Source: an uncultured Alphaproteobacteria bacterium (lineage in GTDB: Bacteria; Pseudomonadota; Alphaproteobacteria; Rhodobacterales; Rhodobacteraceae). From it: a DNA stretch of 64,000 nt. Below the pieces are notes generated by a model. It did no database searches. It worked only from the letters and a program-made list of their open reading frames with translations, and was not told the DNA's origin. Shown piece by piece: positions 1-9,851 of the stretch. Position 1 is the stretch's first letter; each line of letters opens with the position of its first letter. A program made the translations under genes and the position numbers. The DNA lies in contig CAWHXG010000004.1 of the NCBI GenBank assembly GCA_963833235.1, forward strand, positions 90,230 through 154,229. The letters run 5' to 3'.

Positions 1-738
1 CGGCAGGATTGCCTCGAAATATCCCGCGGCCGGGGGGATCACCCCGCCGGCGCCCTGCACCGGCTCGGCGAAGAAGCCGGCGATCGTCTCGGCGCCTTCG
101 GCGGCGATGAGGTCTTCCAACTCCTTCGCCAGGCGGGCGACGAAGGCCGGCTCGTCCTCGCCCTCGCGGTGCTCGCGCCAGTAATGCGGGCAGGTCAGGT
201 GCAGAAAGCCCGGCAACGGCAGCCCGAAAAGCGCGTTGTAGGGCTTGGCGGTCATCGAGGCGGCGAGCCCGGTGACCCCGTGATAGCCGTTGACCCGGGT
301 CAGAATCTTGCGCCGCTCCGGCTTGCCCTCGGCGATGGCGAGAAACCACAGCATCTTGACCATGGTGTCGTTCGCCTCGGAGCCCGAGTTGGTATAGAAG
401 ACCTGCCCGCCCTCGAAGGGGGCGAGCGCGGCCAGGCGCTCGCTCAGCGCGACCGTCTGGTCCGACATCCGCCCGAAAAGCGAGTGATAGCCCGGGAACC
501 GCGCGTATTGCGCCTGCGCGGCGGCGACGAGGGCTGGATGGTCGAAGCCCGCGACCATGTTCCAGAGACCGGAATTGGCGTCGAGATAGCGGGTGCCGGC
601 GGTATCGACCACATAGGGCCCCTCGCCGTGGGTCAGCACGGTGGTGCCGCGATCGGCAAGTGTCGGCAGGTCGGTGAAACCATAGAACGAGGCGCGCGCG
701 GCGCGCGCGGCCCAGCCGGTATCGGTTTCGTCGCGCAT
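1..738 (-). CDS. Class III (omega) aminotransferase, aspartate aminotransferase family; N-terminal ~246 aa only, the gene runs off the window start
   Basis: Reverse-strand translation from ATG at 736-738 gives MRDETDTGW...GLWNMVAGFDHPALVAAAQAQYARFPGYHSLF...FYTNSGSEANDTMVKM...YHGVTGLAASMT. This is typical of PLP fold-type I class III transaminases of the putrescine/taurine/beta-alanine-pyruvate type. The ORF track does not list it because no stop lies inside the window. Confidence 0.8.
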   Translation of the reverse strand, partial: MRDETDTGWAARAARASFYGFTDLPTLADRGTTVLTHGEGPYVVDTAGTRYLDANSGLWNMVAGFDHPALVAAAQAQYARFPGYHSLFGRMSDQTVALSERLAALAPFEGGQVFYTNSGSEANDTMVKMLWFLAIAEGKPERRKILTRVNGYHGVTGLAASMTAKPYNALFGLPLPGFLHLTCPHYWREHREGEDEPAFVARLAKELEDLIAAEGAETIAGFFAEPVQGAGGVIPPAAGYFEAILP

Positions 739-1094
739 GGGGTCGGCCTCGGTCAGGGAAAGGGATCGCAGCGGGGCGCAGAATGCCGGTCTCACGCAGA
801 GAGCGCAATGGCGCATGGTGGGCCGGTGTCGCGGTTGCACGTCGGCAGCCGCGGCGCGCCCGCGCCACCTGGTGGCGCGCGGACGCAAGGGGCTCGATGC
901 CCCGCGCGGCCGGGCTTTTCGCTGGCGAAAGGCAAGGGGCTGTCTGCCCCCTCTGGGCCTCGCGGCCCATTCACCCCCGAGGATATTTTCAAGGCAAAGA
1001 GGGGCGCGATTTTTCCGGCCCGCTTCGGGCGAGTGGCTGACGGCGAGGGCCACGAGGGCTATTGCCGGACTTCCTGGGCGGCGGGCGGAGCGGG

Positions 1095-1451
1095 ATGAAC
1101 GGGGCACGGGGCACGCAGGGGCGGATCACGCTTCGGAGGACCGAGGTGGTCGCGGGGGTCGCGAAGGTTCGCTCGATCCTGGCCGCAGCGCGGCGCGTGG
1201 GCTCGAGCCCCTCGGCGGTCAGCCAGCAGCTGGGCAATCTTGAAGCCGGGCCCGGCGCGGTCCGCGTCGACCGGGCGGCGCGGCCGCAGCGGCTGACGCC
1301 CAGGCGCCATACCTTCTGCCGCCGGGCATCCACCATCCTGGACGAGGCGGCGTCGGCGCGGGCGGACCCGACCCGCGGGGATCACTCCAACCTCGCGCGG
1401 CTGCGCCTGCGATCGAGGATTTCGACGTCGACGTCACCCGGCGGCTCCTGA
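1095..1451 (+). pseudogene. Remnant or truncated LysR-family HTH regulator, divergent from the aminotransferase
   Basis: ORF 1062..1451 translates to ...TLRRTEVVAGVAKVRSILAAARRVGSSPSAVSQQLGNLEA...RLTP...ILDEAASARA. This matches the LysR N-terminal HTH pattern (LRxLRYFVAVAE...VSQPALSQQIRQLE...RLT.AG) with degenerate residues. Only ~650 bp separate it from the DegT gene on the other strand, too little for a full ~300-aa LysR. Confidence 0.3.
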
Positions 1452-1746
1452 CCGAGATAGCGGCCTCGCTGCAGACTTGCGGCTTTTCGCTGAAGACGGG
1501 GCCGAGCCACCGACCCCTGCGCCAGCTCCGCGGCTGGTCGCACGACGTGAAGGACGCCGCCGATACCGGGCTGGTGGCGGTGGGCTATGCCCGATCCTGC
1601 GGGATCCCGAAGTTGCGCCGGCGGTGGCGTGCCACGACTGGCTGGCCGGTAAGTTGACGGTTCTGGCGGTGCCGGCCCGAGGGCGTGGGCCCCGGGTGGG
1701 GGGCCCGGGGGCCATGCTGGACGCGGCGGGCGAGGCCCGCCTCTAC

Positions 1747-2955
1747 TCAGGCACCGGGGTTGGCCTCGGCCGCCGCGTCCAGCAGCACCTCGGCGATGGC
1801 CTGGCATTCCGCCGCCGTGAGCCGGGAAGGCAGCCGGACGTCGCAGGCGCGCATGAGCATCGCCCGGGTCCGGGGCAGATCGGGTACGGGGCCAAGGAAG
1901 CCCCAGTTCCAGAAGGCGCGGGCATTGTCGGTGCTGAGCCCGAAGATCTGCACCGGCAGACCGCGCGCGCGGGCTGCCTCGATGAACTGCCGCGCCTGTG
2001 CGTCGCTCAGCCCGCGCAGGGTGAATTGCAGACTGTCGGGCGCGCGCGCCTCCCCCGGCAGCGCCTCGGGCACCGCGAACCGTTCCGGGCAGGCGCGCAG
2101 GCGTGCGGCCACGGCATCGTGGTTGGCGCGGCCGGCGGCGACCCGGGCGGGTAGCTCCGCCAATTGAGCCCGCACCAGAGCGGCGGAGAGGTTGCCGAGA
2201 CGCATGTTGTAGAGCGGCAGGCGGTTCTGCCATCCGGCCAGCGCCACTGAGAGCGCCGCATCGGCATCGTGCTTGGCCCAGTTATGCTCGTAGGCGCCCG
2301 ACATGACGATGGCACGGGCGGCGAGGCTCGGGTCGTCGGTGATGATCATGCCGCCCTCGCCGGCATTGAGCATCTTGTAGGACTGGAACGAGAAGCAGCC
2401 CATCGCGCCCAGCGTCCCGATGTGCCGGCCCTTCCAGAGGGTGCCGAGGGAATGGGCGGCATCCTCGATCACGGCCATGTCGTGCCGGGCGGCGAGCGCC
2501 AGGATCGCATCCATGTCGGAGGTGTGGCCGCGCATGTGGCTGACGAGGATCGCGGCGGCGCCGCCGCTCGCAAGCCGCGCTTCCAGGTCTTCCAAAACAA
2601 TCCGGAAATCATCGCCAACCTCGACGAGGACGGGCGTGCAGCCGGCATGGACGATGGCCGAGGGCACCGCGGCGAAGGTGAAGGCCGGCACCAGGACGCG
2701 CGCGCCGGGCGGCAGCTCCAGCGCCTTCAGCGCCAGGAAAAGCGCCGCGGAGCACGACGAGACGGCCAGCGCGTAGCCGGCGCCGAGGGCGGCGGCGAAT
2801 TCCCGCTCAAGCAGGGTGACGGGCGCATCCGCGGGGGCGGTGTAGCGGAAAAGGTCGCCGCTTTGCAGCAGGCGCTCGATTTCCGCGCGGGCGGCCTGCG
2901 GGATGGGTTCGGCGCAGGTTGTATCTGGCAGGGCGGGGAGGGAGGCGTCGAGCAT
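1747..2955 (-). CDS. DegT/DnrJ/EryC1/StrS-family PLP-dependent aminotransferase
   Basis: 402-aa ORF; ...VPAFTFAAVPSAIVHAGCTPVLVEVGDDFRI... and ...EDAAHSLGTLWKGRHIGTLGAMGCFSFQSYKMLNAGEGGMIITDD... are characteristic DegT-family motifs, including the catalytic Lys region. Confidence 0.8.
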   Translation of the reverse strand: MLDASLPALPDTTCAEPIPQAARAEIERLLQSGDLFRYTAPADAPVTLLEREFAAALGAGYALAVSSCSAALFLALKALELPPGARVLVPAFTFAAVPSAIVHAGCTPVLVEVGDDFRIVLEDLEARLASGGAAAILVSHMRGHTSDMDAILALAARHDMAVIEDAAHSLGTLWKGRHIGTLGAMGCFSFQSYKMLNAGEGGMIITDDPSLAARAIVMSGAYEHNWAKHDADAALSVALAGWQNRLPLYNMRLGNLSAALVRAQLAELPARVAAGRANHDAVAARLRACPERFAVPEALPGEARAPDSLQFTLRGLSDAQARQFIEAARARGLPVQIFGLSTDNARAFWNWGFLGPVPDLPRTRAMLMRACDVRLPSRLTAAECQAIAEVLLDAAAEANPGA

Positions 2956-3053
2956 GGGCTTTTCGGTGTTCCTGAACGTGTTCTACGGGAAAGCTGTAGA
3001 CGAAAGTTTGCCGCATTTCCATGACGCGCCCCGTCGCGGGCCGGCTCCGGCTT

Positions 3054-4355
3054 TCAGACGCCTAGTCGGTCGCGCAAGGCGTACCAGCTCATCGCGGCCA
3101 TCAGGATGGGGCTGCGCAGCGCGGCGCCGCCGGGGAAGGGCGGCACGGGCAGGCGGGCCATCAGCTCGAACCGCTCCGACGGGCCGCGCACCGCTTCGGC
3201 CAGAAGCGCGCCCGCGAGGGTGGCCAGCGCCACCCCGTGGCCGGAATATCCCGAGGCGGTCAGCAGGCCGGGGCCGGGGCGGCCGAACCATGGCAGGCGC
3301 GATCGGGTGATGGCCAGCGTGCCGCCCCAGGCATGGGTGACGGGGTGGGTGGCCAATTGCGGGTAGAGGCCGCGCATGCGGGCGGCCACGAGGCCGGCGA
3401 TGTCCCGCGGGAAGGTGTAGCCGTAGCTTTCGCCGCCGCCGAAGATCATCCGGTTGTCGTGGCTGCGGCGCCAGTAGTTGACGACGAAGCGGTCGTCGGC
3501 CACGGCCACGTCGGTGGGCAGGATCTCGGGGAATGCGTCGAGCGGCTCGGTGGCGACGACGAAGTTGTTGATCGGCATGACGCGCGCCGCCGTCGGCAGG
3601 TTCAGCGCGCCCAGATAGCCGTTGCAGGCGAGGATGCCGTGGGGGGCGGTGACCGTGCCGCTTGCGGTGCTGGCCCGGACGGGCGTTCCGGGCGCGACGG
3701 CTGTGACCTCGGCGCCCTCGTGCAGGATCGCGCCGGCGGCCTGGGCGGCCCGCGCGAGGCCGAGGACGAAGCGCAGCGGGTGCAGGTGCCCCGCGCCGGT
3801 ATCGAGGACGCCACCGGCGAAGGCGGTCGAGCCGGTGGTTTCGGCCATGGCGGGCGCGTCGAGGACCTGCAGTTTCGCGTAGGCGTAGTCGTGCGTCAGC
3901 TTGTCCGCCAGACGGCGGGCATGGTCGAAGCCCGCGGCGGTGCGCACCGCCTCGACGATGCCGCTGCGCCAGTGGCAGTCGATGGCGTGGCGCGCGATGA
4001 GGTGGCGGACCAGTGCCTTGGCGTCCTCGCCGACCTGCCAGAGGGCCTGCGCATCCGCCTGCGGCACCAACTTTTCCAGCGCGTCCTGCGTGACCCTTTG
4101 GCCGGAGCCCACCTGCCCGCCGTTGCGCCCCGAGGCGCCGAAGCCGATGCGCTGTGCTTCCAGCACCCTCACGCTCAGCCCCGCCTCGGCCAGATGCAGG
4201 GCGGCGGAAAGGCCGGTGTAGCCGGCGCCGACGATGCAGACGTCGGCGGCCACGTCGCCCTCCAGCGGCGGGCAGGGCGGCAACGGATCGGCGGTGGCGG
4301 CGTACCAGCTGGCCGGATAGGCGCCCGGGCTGTCGTTGCGGTGCAGCAGGCTCAT
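3054..4355 (-). CDS. FAD-dependent oxidoreductase, DAO family; gamma-glutamylputrescine oxidase PuuB/PauB/OrdL-like
   Basis: Starts MSLLHRNDSPGAYPASWYAA...DVCIVGAGYTGLSAALHLAEAG (Rossmann GxGxxG). The ATG overlaps the stop of the upstream GS-like gene by 4 nt (ATGA). The longer 860-aa track ORF is an out-of-frame upstream extension. Confidence 0.8.
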   Translation of the reverse strand: MSLLHRNDSPGAYPASWYAATADPLPPCPPLEGDVAADVCIVGAGYTGLSAALHLAEAGLSVRVLEAQRIGFGASGRNGGQVGSGQRVTQDALEKLVPQADAQALWQVGEDAKALVRHLIARHAIDCHWRSGIVEAVRTAAGFDHARRLADKLTHDYAYAKLQVLDAPAMAETTGSTAFAGGVLDTGAGHLHPLRFVLGLARAAQAAGAILHEGAEVTAVAPGTPVRASTASGTVTAPHGILACNGYLGALNLPTAARVMPINNFVVATEPLDAFPEILPTDVAVADDRFVVNYWRRSHDNRMIFGGGESYGYTFPRDIAGLVAARMRGLYPQLATHPVTHAWGGTLAITRSRLPWFGRPGPGLLTASGYSGHGVALATLAGALLAEAVRGPSERFELMARLPVPPFPGGAALRSPILMAAMSWYALRDRLGV

Positions 4356-5710
4356 ACGGCCATCAGCAGGTGCTTGCGCTCCCAGGGGCTGATCTCCTGC
4401 AGGAACTCCTCGTATTCGGTCTCCTTTACGACCTCGTAGGTGCGGCTGAACTCCTCGCCCAGCACGGCGCGCAGGTCGGCGTCGCGGGCGAAAAGCTCCA
4501 GCGCCGCGAAGATGCCGCGCGGCACCTCTTCCTTGCCGTTGTAGGCATCGCCCACATAGAGCGCACGCGGCGCGATCTTGCGCTCGATGCCGATGAGGCC
4601 GCAGGCCAGCGAGGCGGCGATGCCGAGATAGGGGTTGCAGTCCATCCCCGCGACCCGGTTCTCGATCCGGCGGCTCTCTGGCGGCGAGATGGGCACCCGG
4701 ATGCCGGTGGTGCGGTTGTCGCGGCCCCATTCGAGGTTGATCGGCGCGGCATGGTCCTTGACGTAGCGGCGGTAGCTGTTGACGTAGGGCGCCAGGATCG
4801 CGACGGCGGCCGGCAGGTGGGTCTGCATGCCGCCGATGAAGTGGTGGAAGATCTCCGACTCCCCGCCCTCGCCATCGCTGAAGATATTGGCGCCGGTGGC
4901 CTTCTCGAGCACGGAATGGTGGATGTGCATGGCGCTTCCCGGCTCGCCCTCGATGGGCTTGGCCATGAAGGTGGCGAAGCAGTCGTGTCGCAGCGCCGCC
5001 TCCCGGATCAGCCGCTTGAAGAAGAACACCTCGTCGGCCAGCTTCACCGGATCGCCGTGGCGCAGGTTGATCTCGACCTGCCCCGCGCCGCCCTCCTGGG
5101 TGATGCCGTCGATCTCGAAGCCCTGGGCCTCGGCGAAGTCGTAGATGTCGTCGATCACGGGCCCGTATTCGTCGACCGCCGACATGGAATAGGCTTGGCG
5201 CGCGGCGGCGGGGCGGCCCGAGCGGCCCATCATCGGCTGGATCGACTGGCCGGGGTCGATGTTGCGGGCGACCAGGTAGAACTCCATCTCGGGCGCCACC
5301 ACGGGGCTTAGCCCCAGCTCGGCATAGGCCGCGACGACCCGCTTCAGCACGTTGCGCGGCGCCATGGACACCGGGCGGCCCTGACGGTCCGAGACGTCGT
5401 GGATGATCTGCAGGGTGCAGTCGGCGGTCCACGGCGCGGCGGTGGCGGTGGAGAAATCGGGCGTCAGGATCATGTCGGGCTCGGTGAAGCTTTGCCCGTC
5501 GGGCAGTTCGGCCCAGCCGCCCGCGATGGTCTGGTAGAAGATGCTGTCGGGCAGGTAGAAGGCCGATTGCCGCGCGAACTTGCTGGCGGGCATCGCCTTT
5601 CCGCGGGCGATGCCGGGCAGGTCGCTGACGATGCATTCGACCTCGTCGAGCCGTCGGCCCTCGAGATAGGCGCGGGCGGCGCCCGGGATCTTGGCGAGCC
5701 AGTCAGCCAT
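4352..5710 (-). CDS. Glutamine synthetase family protein (gamma-glutamylpolyamine/amine synthetase, PuuA/PauA-like)
   Basis: GS catalytic-domain motifs (..MAKPIEGEPGSAMHIHHSV.., ..NRVAGMDCNPYLGIAASL..). Start taken at MADWLAKIPGAARAYL (ATG at 5708-5710); the 5' end overlaps the GATase gene by 8 nt. Confidence 0.85.
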   Translation of the reverse strand: MADWLAKIPGAARAYLEGRRLDEVECIVSDLPGIARGKAMPASKFARQSAFYLPDSIFYQTIAGGWAELPDGQSFTEPDMILTPDFSTATAAPWTADCTLQIIHDVSDRQGRPVSMAPRNVLKRVVAAYAELGLSPVVAPEMEFYLVARNIDPGQSIQPMMGRSGRPAAARQAYSMSAVDEYGPVIDDIYDFAEAQGFEIDGITQEGGAGQVEINLRHGDPVKLADEVFFFKRLIREAALRHDCFATFMAKPIEGEPGSAMHIHHSVLEKATGANIFSDGEGGESEIFHHFIGGMQTHLPAAVAILAPYVNSYRRYVKDHAAPINLEWGRDNRTTGIRVPISPPESRRIENRVAGMDCNPYLGIAASLACGLIGIERKIAPRALYVGDAYNGKEEVPRGIFAALELFARDADLRAVLGEEFSRTYEVVKETEYEEFLQEISPWERKHLLMAV

Positions 5711-6422
5711 GGGCGGCCTCCCGGCCGTCGTGCGCCCGACCATGGGCATGGGTGAGAAAATCCGCGAACCAGTCTGCCACGCGCGGCCCGTCGAGCGGCT
5801 GGCCGGCGCGGGCGGCGGCGGCATCGATCATGCCGGGCGGATATTCCGGATCGTGACGGCGGTTGTGGAAGTAGTCGGCCGAGACGGCGGCATCGAATTC
5901 CGGGTGCGGCTGGATCGTGAGGATCGTCTCGCCGTAGGCGAGCGCGGCATTGGCGCAGAAATCCGAGGCGCCGAGGTTGCGCGCGCCGGGCGGCAGGGCC
6001 GTGACCTGATCCTGGTGCCAGGCGGTGAGGGCGACGGTGCCAAGCCCGTCGATGGCATAGTCGGTGCGGCCGATGGCCCAGCCTTCGGGGTATTTCACCA
6101 CCGTGCCGCCGAGCGCCTGGGCGACGATCTGGTGGCCGAAGCAGATGCCGAGGATCGGCGCCTCGGCGGCGGCGGCCTTACGGATGAAGGCCTCGAGCGG
6201 TGCGATGAAGGGCAGCGGCTCGTAGGCGCCGTGCCGCGAGCCGGTGATGAGCCATGCATCGGCCTCATGGGGGCCTTCGGGAAACTCCATGTCGACGACG
6301 TTCCAGGTGGTGAAGCGCCAGCCGCGCCCTGCGAGCAGGCGCCGGAACATCGCGTCGTAATCGCCGTGGGCGGTGACGATATCGGGCTTGGCGTGGCCGC
6401 ATTGGAGGATGCCGATATGCAT
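5703..6422 (-). CDS. Class I glutamine amidotransferase-like protein (gamma-glutamyl-GABA hydrolase PuuD/PauD-like)
   Basis: MHIGILQCGH...ILGICFGHQIVAQALGG...IQPHPEF: a GATase1 Cys-His-containing fold, and operonic with the two GS-like genes. Confidence 0.75.
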   Translation of the reverse strand: MHIGILQCGHAKPDIVTAHGDYDAMFRRLLAGRGWRFTTWNVVDMEFPEGPHEADAWLITGSRHGAYEPLPFIAPLEAFIRKAAAAEAPILGICFGHQIVAQALGGTVVKYPEGWAIGRTDYAIDGLGTVALTAWHQDQVTALPPGARNLGASDFCANAALAYGETILTIQPHPEFDAAVSADYFHNRRHDPEYPPGMIDAAAARAGQPLDGPRVADWFADFLTHAHGRAHDGREAAHG

Positions 6423-6587
6423 GATGGCCCTTTCGTCTGGCTCTGCGCCTGGGTTCGGGCCGGACGCCCGCAAGGTTGCCCGAAGGCGCCGCCCTGGCGC
6501 TGCACCCCTGGCACCGAAGCGCCCCCGGTGATGTGCGCCGGACCCTAGACGCGGCCCCCGGACCGGGCAAGCCGTGCCGTTGCCCGC

Positions 6588-7901
6588 TCACACCAGCTCG
6601 AACGTCTCCATCCCCAGGACCTCAGCGCGCATCGCGTCGGACTTGCGCAGCTCCTGCCGCTTGGTGCGCACCAGGTTGTCGACCAGCAGGCGCGGGAAGA
6701 TCCGCGCCATCTTCGGCGAGCCGTCGAACCGGTCGATGGCCTCCTGCCAGTCGGTCGGGATCTGCAGAAGGCGCTGGCCGTAGGCGTTGCCGATCACCGG
6801 CACGGGCGGGTCGAGCGCATCCTCGATGCCCATCAGCATGGCGCCGAGGATCGCGGCGAGGACAAGGTAGGGATTGGTGTCGCCGCCCGGCGCGCGATGT
6901 TCCAGCCGCCGGGCGCGGGGTTCGCCGCCGGGGATGCGGATGGCTGTGGTGCGGTTCTCGTAGCCCCAGGAAGCGCCGGTGGGCGCATGGCTGCCGGGGG
7001 CGAACCTGTCGTAGCTGTTTGCGTGGGGCGCGAAGATCAGCGTGGCGCCGGGCATGCCGGCCACGGCCCCGGCGATGGCTTGGCGGAGGAGCGCGGAGCC
7101 GGTCATCAGGCCGTTGTCGAAGACGTTGCGGCCGCGCTCGTCGAGCACCGAGACGTGGAAATGCAGGCCGTTGCCGGCATCGCCCTCGAACGGCTTGGCC
7201 ATGAAGGTGGCGGCCAGCGCATGCGCCCGGGCGGTGCCGCGCACGAGCGTCTTGAAGAGCGCCGTGTCGTCGGCGACCCGCATCGCGGGGCCGTGCATCA
7301 GGTTGACCTCGAACTGCGCGCGGCCGCTTTCCGAGATCGCGGTCTGCGCGTCGATGCCCATCGCTTCGGCGCCGGCATAGAGGGCATCGAAGAAGGCGGC
7401 GAAGCGATCAAGGCCCATCACGTCGTTTATGCGGCCGGCGGTGATCGGGCGCCCGGTGACGGGGTCGCGGGCAGGGGCGAGGGCCGTGCCGGCATCGTCC
7501 ACAAGGGTGAATTCCAGCTCTGAGGCCGCGACGACCTTCCAGCCGCGCTTGGCGAAGCGGGCCAGCACCCGGGCCAGGGCGTGCCGCGCGTCGCCGTCGA
7601 AGGGCCGCCCCTCGTCGGTATACATCCACATCGGAACGAGGGTCGCGGGGGAGCCGAGCCAGGGCATGGGCACGGGTCCGCGGTCGGTCACGCGCAGCTG
7701 CCCGTCGGCGTCGCCGGTGGCGAAGACCAGCGGGCTGTCGTCGATGTCGGTGCCCCACAGATCGAGGTTGAGCGCCGAGAGCGGCATCCGGTGCCCCTCG
7801 AATTCCAGCTTGGCGCCATGCGCCGCCGGCATCCGCTTGCCGCGCCAGACGCCGTTCAGATCGGCGCAGGCGGTGCGCAGGCTGGCGGTTGGAAGGTCCA
7901 T
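6588..7901 (-). CDS. Second glutamine synthetase family protein (PuuA/PauA-like paralogue)
   Basis: 437 aa; ..ATFMAKPFEGDAGNGLHFHVSVLD.., ..NRTTAIRIPGGEPRARRLEHRAPGGDTNPYLVLAAILGAM..; a GS catalytic domain lacking the canonical GlnA N-terminal region. Confidence 0.8.
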   Translation of the reverse strand: MDLPTASLRTACADLNGVWRGKRMPAAHGAKLEFEGHRMPLSALNLDLWGTDIDDSPLVFATGDADGQLRVTDRGPVPMPWLGSPATLVPMWMYTDEGRPFDGDARHALARVLARFAKRGWKVVAASELEFTLVDDAGTALAPARDPVTGRPITAGRINDVMGLDRFAAFFDALYAGAEAMGIDAQTAISESGRAQFEVNLMHGPAMRVADDTALFKTLVRGTARAHALAATFMAKPFEGDAGNGLHFHVSVLDERGRNVFDNGLMTGSALLRQAIAGAVAGMPGATLIFAPHANSYDRFAPGSHAPTGASWGYENRTTAIRIPGGEPRARRLEHRAPGGDTNPYLVLAAILGAMLMGIEDALDPPVPVIGNAYGQRLLQIPTDWQEAIDRFDGSPKMARIFPRLLVDNLVRTKRQELRKSDAMRAEVLGMETFELV

Positions 7902-7907
7902 CTTTTC

Positions 7908-8747
7908 CTAGCGGACGAGCTGCATGCGCGGGCGCAGTCGGATGCGGGCGGCCTGCGGCAGGTGGCGGTTCAGGCGCTTGTTGACCGCGCCGAAGAGGGT
8001 GATGACACACAACGTCAGCAGGATGAAGTAGCCCGCGACGATGGGGTAGGGGATGAAGGGGTTGAACGTCTTGTCAGCGAAGTAGCTGGCGTAGTAGAGC
8101 GCGTCGCCGCGCTGCTGCCAGGCCGGGAAGCCCGAGAAGAAGACGAGCGTCGTGGCGTGGAAGAGAAAGATCGCCTCGTTGGTATAGGCCGGCCAGGCGA
8201 GCCTCAGCATGGTGGGCCATGTCACGCGGCGGAACTTGACCCAGCCGGACATGCCGTAGGCCTCCGCCGCCTCCAGATCGCCCTTCGGGACGGAGCGGAG
8301 CGCGCCGTAGAAGATCTCGCCGGTATAGGCGGCGGTGTTGAGGAAGAGCACGATCAGCGCGCCGCCCCAGGCCCGGGTGAGCCAGCCCGTGTCGGCGTCA
8401 AAGGCCACGCCGAGGACGCTGAACTCGATGCCGCCGCGGGGCAACAGCACGAACGCCTCGTAGGCCAGGAAGAACTGGATGAAGAGCGGCGAGCCGCGGA
8501 AGACGAAGACGAACCATTCCGCGGGAAGCCGCGCCCAACGCGACGGCGCGGCCTTGCCGAGCGCCACCAGCGTGGCGAGGAAGAATCCGAGGGCCAGTGC
8601 GACGAGTCCGAAGTAGACGTTCCAGATCAGGCCGGAGCCGATCAGCACGAATTGCTCGCAGAGGGTGAAGTCGGACCGGGGCAGCAGCCGCTCGCCGATC
8701 CCGACGCTGCGCAGGGCATAGTCCTGGAATGTCTGGGCGCAGCTCAT
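7908..8747 (-). CDS. ABC transporter permease, polar amino acid/opine family (HisM/OccM-like)
   Basis: 279 aa, multi-TM, with an EAA-like loop ..EAAEAYGMSGWVKFRRVTWP.. Confidence 0.85.
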   Translation of the reverse strand: MSCAQTFQDYALRSVGIGERLLPRSDFTLCEQFVLIGSGLIWNVYFGLVALALGFFLATLVALGKAAPSRWARLPAEWFVFVFRGSPLFIQFFLAYEAFVLLPRGGIEFSVLGVAFDADTGWLTRAWGGALIVLFLNTAAYTGEIFYGALRSVPKGDLEAAEAYGMSGWVKFRRVTWPTMLRLAWPAYTNEAIFLFHATTLVFFSGFPAWQQRGDALYYASYFADKTFNPFIPYPIVAGYFILLTLCVITLFGAVNKRLNRHLPQAARIRLRPRMQLVR

Positions 8748-8844
8748 GCGGGCACCTTGGCTTGCACTGGTTCATGGCCGTGACGCGGTGCGACCGACGG
8801 GCGACCGCAGGCGCAGTCTGCGAGCGGGGTGATCCGGGCGCCGC

Positions 8845-9729
8845 TCATGCCGGCACCGCGCGGCGCTGCGCCTCGCCGGCCATGGTCGCCTGCCCGTGGC
8901 TCATGGCGACCTGCAGGCGGCGGAAGACCCGCTCGGAGAAGGCCGTGAGCGTCAGGTAGAAGACCAGCAGGCCGAGGAAGTACCAGAGCCGCCAGTCTGG
9001 ATGAGGATAGTCGAACATCGAGGTCTTTGCGCCGCCGAGCTCGCGCGCCCAGTAGACGATATCCTCGATGCCGAGCAGGAAAAGCAGCGGGGTCGCCTTG
9101 ACGAGGATCTGCCAGAGGTTCGAAAGGCCGGGCAGCGCGAAGACCCACATCTGCGGCACCAGCACCCGCCAGAAGCTCTGGCGCGGGGTCATGCCGTAGG
9201 CCTCGGCCGTCTCGATCTGGGCGCGGGGCACGGCGGCCATGGCACCGCTGAGGACGTTCGCGGCGAAGGCCCCGAAGACGATCGAGAAGGCGACGACGGC
9301 AAGCGCGAAGCCGTAGGCATCGTGGGTGAAGGCGCTGGCGTTGGAGACGGGCAACTTCGCCGCGGGGCAGACGACGAAGTCGTTGCCCTGCCGGATCGCG
9401 CCCTCCCAATCGGGGCACTTGGCCTGGTGGCGCAGCCATTCGAGGCCCTGGTCGAGCGCGATGGGCACGAAGAGGAAGAACGCGACGTCGGGGATGCCGC
9501 GCACCATCGAGGTGTAGACCCGGCCGAAGAGGCGGAGTGCGAAGAAGGGCGAGCGCGCGGCCACGGCGCCGCCGAACCCGAAGGCCAGCGCGATGGGGGC
9601 GGTGATCGCCAGCAGCAGCAGGACGGTGCCGAAGCTGGCATAGAACGCCATGTGCTTGCCGGTAGTGAGGTAGCAGGCGAGCCAGGTCAGCCCCTCGATG
9701 GCGTCGGGATCGGTGCAGATGGCGAACAT
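8845..9729 (-). CDS. ABC transporter permease, polar amino acid/opine family (HisQ/OccQ-like)
   Basis: 294 aa; ..ETAEAYGMTPRQSFWRVLVPQM.. (EAA motif). An alternative start at M27 (~9651) would give 268 aa. Confidence 0.8.
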   Translation of the reverse strand: MFAICTDPDAIEGLTWLACYLTTGKHMAFYASFGTVLLLLAITAPIALAFGFGGAVAARSPFFALRLFGRVYTSMVRGIPDVAFFLFVPIALDQGLEWLRHQAKCPDWEGAIRQGNDFVVCPAAKLPVSNASAFTHDAYGFALAVVAFSIVFGAFAANVLSGAMAAVPRAQIETAEAYGMTPRQSFWRVLVPQMWVFALPGLSNLWQILVKATPLLFLLGIEDIVYWARELGGAKTSMFDYPHPDWRLWYFLGLLVFYLTLTAFSERVFRRLQVAMSHGQATMAGEAQRRAVPA

Positions 9730-9851
9730 GGCTCAGGCCGCTCCGATTTCTGGAGCGGGGCAGGGGGCATGACGCCGCGGTTGGAGAGCCGTTAGACCCA
9801 TCTGGATGTGGCCGGCGCGGGGTGCCGGGGGCGTCCCGCGCCAATCCTGGC

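Noticed and set aside
169-1098. 309-aa +strand ORF, with overlapping 737..1243 and 783..1040 ORFs
   Set aside because: Antisense to the class III aminotransferase gene (1..738); Pro/Arg/Gly-rich, a GC-bias artefact with no recognisable domain
1382-2233. 283-aa -strand ORF and 1477..2154 +strand ORF
   Set aside because: These overlap the well-supported DegT aminotransferase gene in other frames; translations are Arg/Pro/Gly-rich with no domain
3237-5311. +strand ORFs 3237..4439 (400 aa) and 4154..5311 (385 aa)
   Set aside because: Antisense to the oxidase and GS-like genes; low-complexity, no homology
3054-5636. 860-aa -strand ORF
   Set aside because: Only the C-terminal 434 codons (3054..4355) are the FAD oxidase. 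The upstream part is an alternative frame of the GS-like gene (4352..5710), which has clear GS motifs
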